Shown here in pieces: positions 1-10,205 of a DNA stretch of 45,332 bases. Where the stretch lies: NCBI GenBank assembly GCA_009103225.1, contig RHPI01003009.1, positions 37,463 to 82,794 on the forward strand, given 5' to 3'. A program made the translations under genes and the position numbers. The DNA is from Chlorokybus atmophyticus. Taxonomy: Eukaryota; Plantae; Mesostigma and Chlorokybus algae. Position 1 is the first letter of the stretch. Each line of letters begins with the position of its first letter. A model generated the notes under the pieces. That model was not told the origin of the DNA. It was given only the letters and a program-made list of their open reading frames with translations, and searched no databases.

Positions 1-144
1 ATAGAACAAAACAACATCATGCATAGCAAGTGACATGCACAGGATCCCAGCAGCGACTGTCAATGCGATGCGCGATGCGCCTTAGCACAGAGCATTGACA
101 GCCTATGCATGTCGTAAACAATCTTGATTGTTGAACGTTCTTAC

Positions 145-477
145 CTTGATGGCTTGCTGGTATTGAAGCCCCATAGCCTTGCACACATCCTGGTCCTCCC
201 TACCGCCCCGGTTGTTGATCATGCGCACGCATCGGCACACCTGCGTGTTGAAGTGCTGTCCAATTTTGGTGGGCTTGATCTCTCCCCCAGTTGGTTGACC
301 CCTTGCATCACGGTGACCAGCTTGCACATTGCACATGCAGAACGGGCAGCCCCAAATAAACGGCGCCCCTGTGGACGCCCGCCTTCGTTCCATGATGTCC
401 AACTGCCTGGCAATCCTTCTCCTAGCGACTGTCTTGTACAACTCCTCACAGCTCCGCACACCTCTCCTCGCTTCACC
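145..477 (-). CDS. Internal exon of a hypothetical gene running off the window start, with a Cys/His putative zinc-binding motif
   Basis: A 333-nt phase-0/phase-0 open exon lies between acceptor GCGCAG| (478-480) and donor AAG|GTAAGA (144). It translates as ...WGCPFCMCNVQAGH...GQHFNTQVCRC... No family recognised. Confidence 0.45.
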
Positions 478-1136
478 CTGCGCCCTGAGCTACACCCATA
501 ACCACAACCACAACCACCACAACCACAACAATAGCAAACTATACTAGCGAGACCATGCAACGGCTATGTACGCCGCCAACCTCCCGTCCAATCTATGATG
601 TCCCATCAATGACAGCCGCCAAGTTGGTGAGTCCCTAGCCCTAACACTGCTAACCCTTGACAGCCGCCTTGTAAATTCTACGCAATTTGTTGCTAGCAGT
701 GCGTTTGGCGTCGATTCGACGTGGCGTCGATTCGACGACAATAAATGACAACCCCCAGATATAAGGTGAGTCTAGGGATTGACAGCCGCGTCGCTAGCTT
801 TGTGAGTTCCATTGACTGTGTCGCACTGCATTTGGCACTGCACAATTGCGGCTTGTGCGGCGGTCACAATGCTTGTGCGGCTCGTGCGACTGCCCAGATG
901 GAACACAATAGGACTTGACAGTCCTAGTGAGTAGTGAGTTCGCTTGCGAGTTTGCATGCGCCCTGGTTGTGTGTTGCTTGAAGAATTGCACTAGTCGTTT
1001 GTGGTTTGCTGCTTGAGCTGTCAGCGCTTACCTGAAAGGTGTTTTGCTTTGAAGCTTGCATGCCTTGTTGATTGTGCGCTGAGTCACTGTCTGTGCACTA
1101 AGTTCGGTTGCTTGTTCAGGCTGTTCAGCTGACATT

Positions 1137-3542
1137 ATGGCTACTGGGGAGGGCAGCCAACTGCCTGCTGCAGCTGATTGCTTCAGGGCCAAGGGCAACC
1201 ATTTGCTGGGCCAGGTGACAGGCCAGCAGTTCTTGATGAAGGAGGAGTACAAGCATATGCGCACAACGCTGATGGTCAACCTGGAGAAGCTGAAGAAGGA
1301 GATGTTAAGCAAGTGGCCACTACCTCAAGGTATGAAGGGCAAGGACTTCAAGATGAATGCCGAGCACCGGCAGGAGCTCGACGAAGTATGCGAGGCGGTC
1401 TTGCAGCAGTCACTTCCACTGGTCTTTGACGCAAACCACACGCTCACGTGGACAAAAGGTGAGCTGCTTTCTTGGTGATATCTGCTGTTTGACAGAAACT
1501 TGAATTCAGCTGTGTTGAAGTGAGCTTTCAAGCGTGTCGTTCAGCTTTCAGTTCACTCACTGTCTGCTTAGCTGTCTTGCCGTTGACAGTCCTTGCCCTG
1601 GTTGCTGTGTTTGTGCTTGTTGATTCATTGACCAGTTGCGATATGATGTCTTTGAGGCTGTCTTCTGCTAGATGCCATCTTCCAACAGCTGAAAATGCTG
1701 TGTTGGAGCTGTCTTGCCGTTGGTACTTTGCTGTACTCTTATCTGCTTGTGTTGCAGCACAAATCAAGCAGCATGTACTGGTGCTGCAGTACTCCGTTGG
1801 CGCGAAGCGCGGCAGTGGTACCGGGAAGAGCGTCCAAGAACGCAATGAGGCCAAGAAGCAAAGGCGTGGCAGCGACAGAGAAGCTGCACAAGGCAGCCGC
1901 GCTGCTCAAGCTGGAGCTGGCTGGGGCATGACATTTTGTCTGGGGAGGGACATGAGGGCCAACCAGCAGGTGGTCATGCTTGCGCCTTTAACCGCTCTTC
2001 CTCTCACAAACGCTTAGTACCGGGCCACTTGGCTAAAAGAGAGGTAAGCAACCATGGTGCTGTTGGTCGACTGTCGGTCCTGTTGTACTGTTTTGCTGAG
2101 CTGCTGCCTCCATGCATACTGGCTTAACACATGGTGCCTGCTACTCTGAATGCTACTCTGCGTGTCACGACAGGGGTGCGGACGGATTTGCTAAAGATCA
2201 GGTGTTCGACATTTGCAACAACGCAGTAGTTGTTGGCGTCGCCACCATCGATTCCGTATGCGAGCCAGACCAACCAATGCGCACGTATCTAGTCTCTGTT
2301 AACCACTGGATGGCAATGAGAAGTGAGGATGGCAACCTTGCCGTTCAACTACCTGTGAAAGAAAGGCATTTTCTCTATGGCACGCCGACAAGCAGCTGCC
2401 ATGGTGGGCTTACTCTGGAGGTACATTGCTTGCTGTGGATATGCACATGCTCCTGCTGTGACTGTATGGTGTAGTGTATGAGCATTTCTTGTGTTAAACA
2501 CAACAACATGCAGGGCAGGGAGATGGAGTGGCCCATGATGTTCTTGGCCAGCGGAGGCATCTGCCCCTGTGAGGCATGCGCTAACGATGAGCGCATTGCG
2601 GTGCCGGGTTGCATCAAGGACCGGCTGCCTACGCCCGCAGCCAGGCACAGCACAGACACAGAGGTTAATAAGGGCTGTTGTTAGGCTGCTGTCACATGAT
2701 GAACAGTCGCCAATGCAGCCATTGATCACGCTTTGACAGTCGCAAAGTGCATTACATGTTGCAGTTCTTGACAGTCATCAACGCACTGCAGACTGTCAAT
2801 GGTATTGACAGTCGCCAATGGACTGCACTGACAACTTTAGGTCCTAGGCAGGTTGCTGGGGCGATCTCTGACTGTGAAGATGAAGAAGCCGCCGCCATGG
2901 ACTTGCGAACTGCAGCGGGGATCGTGTGCAACACCAAGCCCAACGCCCCCACCAGAGAGGAGGCAATGGACATGTATGAGTACTACCACCACATCGAGCA
3001 CACGCTGTTCCACAATGGTCACCAGCTGGCATTCAAGGACCCCGACCGAATGGAGCGTGTGCCAGACGAGCTGATCTTGAGAGCCATTGTCAGCTTTGCT
3101 GCCAGGAAAAAGTGGTTGGTGTCCAACAAAGATGTTGAAGGAGGGTGCGAGTGGGGATCCAATCGCAAACTACCAGGTATGCATACTTCACTGCAGCAAG
3201 TTAACGACAGTCCTTTGCTGGTTTTCAAGAGTGATGATTTGGTACAATGCAGGGCTTTTGAGCGAGGCAAAGAAGAGAAAGCCATTCCGACCCAAGAGGC
3301 AGTGGACGCGACAGCCCTCGTCATCCTTCTAGGTGGGTGGTTTGCTGTGCTATGGTCAAGTTACTGTTTGTGTAAGCACGTGACAGTACAGTTTTTGTGC
3401 AGAGCTCAACAAGCTCGCTGAGTGTTTGCAAGAGATGCTGTTGAGCAAGGCTGTCGCGGGTGTCTTCACATTGAGGCTGAATCAACCAGGGAGAGCACAA
3501 GTCTGGCTTTCAGGCGAAGGTGCTGGCAACACAAGAGACTGA
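1137..3542 (+). CDS. Multi-exon hypothetical protein (roughly 500 aa), possibly transposon-encoded
   Basis: Exons 1137-1458, 1758-1969, 2202-2420, 2514-2663, 2852-3332 and 3403-3542 join in frame through GT-AG sites with matching phases. An optional intron at about 3178-3251 would instead end the protein at 3332. It has a basic KKQRR patch and a CPCEAC cluster. No confident family. Confidence 0.6.
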
Positions 3543-3725
3543 TGTTATTAGCTGCTCCTGTTACCTCCTGTAACCGCAGCTTGAAGTGCATGTAGAAGAC
3601 TGTAGCTACAGTCTCACTGGCTTGACACTGATGGGCTGTCGTTTGACAGTCCATTACAGCATTTTTGTGAATTGCATGCGTGTCGGATTGTATGCACCGG
3701 GCACGGTGCAGGCACCAGTGCTAAG

Positions 3726-4385
3726 ATCATGCATGGATTCAATAGCTGTGACATCATGACAGACCATACATGGTGCGACTGTCAATCAGACCATGTGGTG
3801 CGTTGTCTGTTAGGACCAGACATGGTGCCGCTTGTGGACCATGCATGGCTTCAATGGCTGTGACATCATGATAGACCATGCATGGTGCGACTGTCAATCA
3901 GACCATGTATGGTGCGTTGTCTGTTAGGACCATGCATGGTACCGCTTGTGGACCACATATGCACAACAAAGTCCGTATCCATGGACCGTGCATGGTGCGA
4001 CTGTCGATCAGACTGGCACCATAAATGGTCCACTGAGCCAGGAGGGCAGCGCACCATGCATGGTCTGAAATATGTCAGTTTAAAATAAGACTTCCGGTCC
4101 GTATCCATGGACCATACATGGTGCGACTGTCGATCACCAGACATGTGGAAGTAACAAATCATGCCTGGTCTTCTGCGCCAGGGGGCATTGCACCATACAT
4201 GGTCCTTGCAAACTCATACAAACAGGTCACCATACATGGTGCGACCCCAAAAAAACATGGGACCGTTCACGTGAGGTTTGGACCATGCATGGTCCGACTG
4301 TCATTGACAGTCCGACCATATATGGTCCACCAATTTCACTTAGCAGGGGAAAATCCCGGTCCAGAGGTACGGACCATTCATGGTC
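3726..4385. repeat. Array of about 20 short palindromic motifs (consensus ACCATRCATGGT) with variable spacers
   Basis: Copies read directly, e.g. at about 3762, 3837, 3874, 3901, 3928, 3984, 4052, 4110, 4191, 4228, 4281, 4314 and 4372. The first two blocks of about 112 bp are tandem duplicates. Confidence 0.9.
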
Positions 4386-4405
4386 CTTTGACGTCAATCG
4401 GTGTG

Positions 4406-4429
4406 TACGTATAGGTATACCTATACGTA
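4406..4429. repeat. Perfect 24-bp palindrome TACGTATAGGTATACCTATACGTA
   Basis: The sequence is its own reverse complement and sits about 20 bp after the last array motif. Confidence 0.95.
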
Positions 4430-4499
4430 GTATCATACACCCGCCCTTGCTATGCATACAACCACCTGCGTAGTTTGCCATGCAAAGCTGACTTCGCTC

Positions 4500-5230
4500 A
4501 GCCCTCACAATGCATGGCAGCTAGAAAGGACAGCATGTCGCTCAGAAAATGCAAACGATATGTGCACGATCTAAGAAACCAGATGCATTCAATGTCACAA
4601 GTTGTGACACGACTACCCCCATCTATGCCTGCTTGGCGATGTTGACGTTTGGGTGTGGCGCTCTGCGTCGTGGTATTCTTGCAAACACCCTGCCGTTGAG
4701 CTTGCAATACATACGTGAGCACAGGCCAATGTTTGGTGTTTGAAACAAGATCATATCTAGAAAGTGTATAGTGGTGCTTTCCGCAGACTGAGTCAATGTG
4801 AGTGTCTGTGGCGGGTAGATACCTCCACCCACCACAGTTGTCTCCTCATACATCGCCGCATCAAAAATTATCAATCCAAAAACCAAGACAACATTAACAT
4901 ACTCACCATTGAAGTACACCACCTGAGGAGCTGGTCGTTTAGGCCTTGAGCTTTGAGCTGGCGCACGAATTACAGCTCCTTTGACTCAAAGGTTGTACTT
5001 GGGTTCGCAAGCCAAGTACAAGTTAGCTATATAGACCCTTGCATTGTTGCCCGTGGGGATCCCCACTTCTTGCTTGTGGACTTGGTCACCTGCTGTGCTA
5101 ACGAACAGGTTAGATGGCAGATAGGCAAGGAGTGTGGACAATGTGTGTGATGTGTAAAACTTGCCCGTTACAGAGTCCCGGTGGCTTGGCTTTGCGTACC
5201 CACTGGTGCTCCCGCACACCAACCTTGTAC
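4500..5230 (-). pseudogene. Degenerate Penelope-like element reverse transcriptase (palm/thumb fragment)
   Basis: Fragments NLFVSTAGDQVHKQEVGIPTGNNARVYIANLYLA, YFNGEYVNVVL (decayed YIDD region), IHFLDMILF, MYCKLNG..RRAPHPNVNIA and GVVVSQL match the Penelope-like RT motif order. Stops and frameshifts are present. Confidence 0.8.
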
Positions 5231-6469
5231 GTTAGTGCAGCACAGTAGCACTTCTGTGTAAGTCTGCTGCATGTCCAAACAGTTTATCCACCAATGCCGA
5301 CATACATGCAAGCATATATTATGCCAAGCTTTCTTTCACTTTTACCGTTACCTTTGGCCTTAGAGTGCAGTATAAACTTTTTCGAAGGAAGGTTGTTAGG
5401 AATGTAGTAAGCAACACGTATAATTCAAGCACACAAGCAATCATTAGCAAGTTTATAAATGATGTGCATGTGAAATAAGCGCTTGTTCATAAATGATATA
5501 TAAGTACATATACGGAGCGTATTATACGGTATCAGAAAATCATCTACTTGTTAACTTATCGTATCAGTTGAAAGCCCAATGTAAATATGACAATATGATT
5601 GTGTTATTATAATATGTAATTGTTGCAGCATGCACTCCTTGACGTTGGTACATTGTGAGTATATTATATGTGATTACATATACACAACATACAATGAGCA
5701 AATAAATGTTAAAATAGTTGTCACAAGTTTATACCAATTTGAGTTATGCTATGTATATGTTTCATATATATTGCTTACTGTCTCTGAATGTTCACACTTA
5801 GTGTTATATACAGTCCAGACAATAATAATTGTTAGAGAATACATCTCAATAAAACCATGAAGCTATTAACTATAGCAAAATGCTTGTCATTATTATTTAT
5901 ACATAATTGTTTTATCCATAATAAGTTTTATGTAGATGTTTTTGAGTAAAACAACTCACTATGCTTTATGCACTATGCGCAATCACCGTGATGGTGTTTT
6001 ATTGAATTAAAGGCCTTCAGTTACATTCTAAGTACGTAACTGTGAGATTTAGCCGTTTTAATTTTAGAAATGGTAAGAACGCCTTTTACAATTGAGTTAC
6101 CATCTTTGCATAATGTGTTTAAACATGCCAAGTAGCACACGAAAGGAGTACAGTCTACCCTCAATGTAGTGACCATGGATGTTTCAAGAAAATATGTCAC
6201 TACAGAGAGGTGTCATTCCTTCGATGTAGTGACCAGGTGTCACTGTAGCGCAATACAGCAATGTAGTGACAGTCTGTCGTTATAACGAGGTATTAGCCTG
6301 CTGCTAAGCTACCTTCTATGTAGTGACTACTGGTCACTACATCAAGGTGGGCATGCAAACTCTGGTTGCATTCATTGGTGACAATGTAAGCATGCCAAGA
6401 CATTGAACACATGCGCGTGATGCCTTCATTACACTACTCTCCATCAATACATGTGCACAATCAGCTCCG

Positions 6470-8475
6470 CTAAGCAACAAATGAAAGAATGTCCGCTTGC
6501 CGCGCGCGCATTGTGTTGACGGCCGATGCGCGCAACGTCTTGGCAATGATGCGCTGCATGTCTAATGCATCACGTGATGCAAATGTGAATGCATTGTCAT
6601 CAATAAACACTTGCAATCGACTAGCTATCAAGCGAGCTTCTTGTAGTGGAACGCATGGTGGGGGGATGTTATCAACATCAGCGTCGTCGGGATCCTCTTC
6701 CTCCATCAGGGAGTCAGGCTCTGTGACCATCTCCACCAGCTCCTCCACGCTCAACTCGGCCTCAACTTCATTCTCTTCAACCAAGTTGACGTACTCTTCC
6801 ACGATCATCTTATCTTCAATGTCAAGGCGGCCAATGAGAGAAGCAAGCTCATCCATATCATGCTCCTCCAGGCGTGTTGCAGAGCGCTCGCCGGCTTCAC
6901 GAATGTCGGCATCCCATGATGGTGGAAGGATCCCTGCCTTTCTCCAGCATTTGCGAATTGTTTGTGGTTCGACTGACTCCCACACACTCACCGCCTAATA
7001 CAAGGCTTGCTTGATGTTAGCTTTTAGGTTTTAGACTTGGGTGGAAGGATCATCAGTCTCTGACAGCAGCCACTCGACCAGCAACTTCCTGTAGCGAACC
7101 TTGAAGCAAGCTATAATGCCTTGATCCAAGGGCTGGACTTTTGAGGTGGTGTTGGGAGGGAGGTACACCAGCGTCACATGCGTAAGCTTGGCAATGTTCA
7201 GCCCGTGAAGCTCTCCTTGTTTGACATGAGCGTCTGGCAAGATGTAACTGGACGCATTGTCCAGCAGCAGCGCAATGTGCTTCTCCGCCATCGACATGCG
7301 TGCATTCAGCTTCTTCACCTATTGCAAGAAGAACTTGGTAGTCATCCAGGCTGAGGCGTTGTTAAAGTAGTCCACAAACTTGAGTGGCTTGAATCTACCA
7401 AAGCAACGTGGCTTGGCATACTTGTGAATGAAGACGATGCGCTGCTTGCATGTGCCAGCTACGTTCACGGCGAAGCCAAGCGTGACACGCTCTTTGCATT
7501 TCTTCCGGCCTCGCACTGCTTCGGTAGCCAGTGTGCGGTCTGGTGTTTGTCGAACTTGCAGTCCAGCCTCATAAAAGTTGTATGTAGTTCTGGTGTCGCC
7601 CCAAGCTCTTCCAGTACCAGCGGCAACTTCGCACGCGCCCTTGCGACACCTTCTTCGTCGGCATCAGCGGATTCGCCCTGGTACTTGAAGCATCTGATGC
7701 CATGCCTAAACAACACAACATGCTCAGTAACAAGTCACAATGATACACAAGGTAGCTACCCTTCCATCACACGCCTTACCTTTTCTTGAACTTGTCCAAC
7801 CAGCCAGAGGATGCCTTGAACGCTGCCTCGTCAATGTGCATCTCATCTCTAAGCTTGATGGCTTGTCCAGTCAGCATGGCGTTTGAGATGTCGACCTTTG
7901 CATTGCGCTTCTGAGAATGTTAACACAGCACCAGCATCAATTAATGCAATACATGCAAGTGTACACGCATGCATGCAAGTGTGCAACAGCAGATTGCAGC
8001 AAAAGACTACTATCAGCACATGTATGCAAGTGTGTGCAGATGCATGCGTGTACACGCATGCACGCAAGTGTGCAATCAGCCAATTGCAGCAAAGACTACT
8101 ATCAACAAGTGTACGCGAGTGTGTGCAAATGTATGCATGTACATGCATGTATGCAAGTGTGCAATCAACCAATTGCAGCAAAGACTAACTACTTACCTGT
8201 TCAAACCAAACGAACAGTGCTTGCTCCAGGCGCTCATAGCGTGCACTGCGCTCTGTCATTTTGGCTGCTGCATGCTTGTCTGCCTTGTCCACTCCCAACC
8301 ATTTCTCTTAAGGATGAAGGATGACGGACAATGTGTTGCGCTTGATTGTTTTCTTCAACTTGTTGGTGGCCTCTTGTGCTAGCTTGTCTTGAGAGTAGTC
8401 CGGGTGCTTGTCTCGCAACTCGCATATCTGCTTCTTCTCTAGCGCGCTAAGATGCACACGCTTGCGATCTGCCAT
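6470..8475 (-). pseudogene. pogo-family transposase pseudogene with two introns
   Basis: A CENP-B-like HTH region (MADRKRVHLSALEKKQICE, ASSGWLDKFKKRHGI) is followed by KERVTL, LLLDNASS and PPNTTSKVQPLDQGII. There are in-frame stops, a frameshift near 7580, and the first catalytic DETG motif has decayed to YEAG. GT-AG introns at about 8195-7913 and 7779-7707. Confidence 0.9.
7944..8190. repeat. Degenerate tandem repeat (about 2.5-3 units of about 90 bp) inside transposase intron 1
   Basis: GCAAGTGTGCAA..CAATTGCAGCAAAGACTA recurs at about 7975, 8065 and 8152. Confidence 0.75.
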
Positions 8476-9289
8476 CTGCATGAGCACATAGCTCAGTCGC
8501 TTGCATGCATGTGTTATATGTAGCACAATGGACACAACAGCGCAAGCAATGTACCCTGGTTGCTATTCCATTTCACGCATGCAGCAGTATGCACATGTTG
8601 TGTGCGTAGGCTGCTATATATGCTTGGCAATCATGCAGGTGACAGGCAGACATTCCGCACAAGCACAAGCAAAGCGCGTGATAAATACAATGCGCTGTCA
8701 ATGTTAACATGTGCAAATCTTAAGTAGCTACTGAATAGCAACTCCTCTGCACCTACATGCATTGCTACTCACACGCAGCACCTGCGGCAGGACATGTGCA
8801 CGTACATGTTCACACACACACACCTTGTACCCCTGCCGCCACCTTGATGTGCGGCTACTTGGAAAGGTTGCCACCCATGACGACAAACACAACCAGTATC
8901 GCCGCTAAGGCTGCCCCTGACGCTGCGGCGGCCGCCGCCGCCGCCGCCGCCGCCGCTACTGTGACGTTGGCTCCAGAATAGAACAAAAGTTAGTGTAAAC
9001 CCTAATCAATGGAATGTATATAACTGCCCTCGCTATAGTGACGTTTGCTACTAGCAGCAATTGTCCTTACAGAGAGTGTGATGGTCACTATAAGGGGGCA
9101 AAATTGCCTCATGTAAATCGGTCATGTAAAAACCTGTCACTACTGCGAGGGTGTCTATAAAAACGAGTGTGATTACAGCGAGGTAGACTGTACACAGCGA
9201 ATCCGTACATGCGTGCCAACTTACAACGCCCTAGCATGCAGTGGAACGGGTGAAGGTGGGGCGGCGGTGGAGGAGAGAGAGAGTGGGGA

Positions 9290-9480
9290 GGAGGAGTCCA
9301 TGGAGTCGTCGTCGATTGCTGCTGCTGCAAGGGCTGGCTGCTAACCACAGCCGCTGTGCAGGTAACTACGATGACTGCCAGTTAGTCATGCATGCATGAC
9401 TAACAAGGGGGGCCGTAGGAGTAGAGGTAGAGTAGTACATAGTTAGCCCGGTGGTCGTGCATGCGGCATTGAGGTGCGTG
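9290..9480 (+). repeat. Dispersed repeat, copy A (homologous to 35421-35611)
   Basis: Shares the blocks GGAGTCCA, GCTAACCA, TGCAGGTAAC.ACGAT, GTAGAGTAG and TAGCCCGGTGGTCG in the same order and orientation. Confidence 0.7.
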
Positions 9481-10205
9481 GGGTGTATTGCATGTCATGC
9501 ATGGCGGTGAAATGCATGCTTCTAACAGCTTTGTGCTTATCCTGTACATGTCACGTCATCTTGGGCTTAAACTCTCCCCTACCTTTATATGCTATTCTGC
9601 AGGCAGCTTCCCCAGCCTTATTGCGTCCTACCCTGCCTGCCTGCCTGCCTTCCGCACAACAAGACCCAGCCTCTGGTTGTACAGCTAGGTTGCTTGCTTG
9701 CGGTGGTTGCTTGGTAATGTATTGCGACTGCTTGTTGGTGCTTATGCTTGCTGGCCCCTCATTTCACTACACTACCGTATGTCCGTAAAGAGATGTTAAC
9801 CGCACAGTGTAAGTAAAACTCACTGAACATTTTGATCTTGAGATTCACGCGATGTGCGATTTTCAATAACAGATTGCATACAATCCACATGTTTGCTAAG
9901 CTATCATACCATGTAATAAGTACGTGAAGATGGTATCAAGGTGGTCATTGTATTGATTGAGCATATACATTGTTCGTTCGTCTTTGTTGTATAGTTACGT
10001 GGGATACCATAACATGCATAGAATAAATCTTTTGACATTTGTTTACATGACCATGCAAACAAATCAAGTACTGCAATATGTAGTGAGCATGACACTATCC
10101 ACACATACGTACATTTGCAAATACGTGAGTGGGAGGTGGGGGGGTGGGGGGGGGGGCAACATATGCAGCAACAATTTATTACTTCATCCACATTCCAGCT
10201 GCATG

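Larger units (their letters stand above)
6151..9190 (-). mobile_element. pogo/Tigger-type (IS630-Tc1-mariner) DNA transposon, full length, non-functional
   Basis: TA at 6149-6150, then left TIR CAGTCTACCCTCAATGTAGTGAC. The right end GTGATTACAGCGAGGTAGACTG is followed by TA at 9191-9192. An internal DDE_1-type transposase is present, and GTAGTGAC/GTCACTAC motifs repeat near both ends. Confidence 0.9.

Noticed and set aside
3726-4385. CRISPR array with an associated RT
   Set aside because: The repeats are only 12-14 bp and degenerate, the spacers recur (GCGACTGTC several times) and vary widely in length, there are no cas genes, and the context is an intron-rich eukaryote.
6470-8475. RIP-like CpA-to-TpA signature in the transposase stop codons
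   Set aside because: Single-transition stops arise almost only from TGG, CAA, CAG or CGA, so the context bias is imposed by the genetic code. A consensus alignment would be needed to test it.
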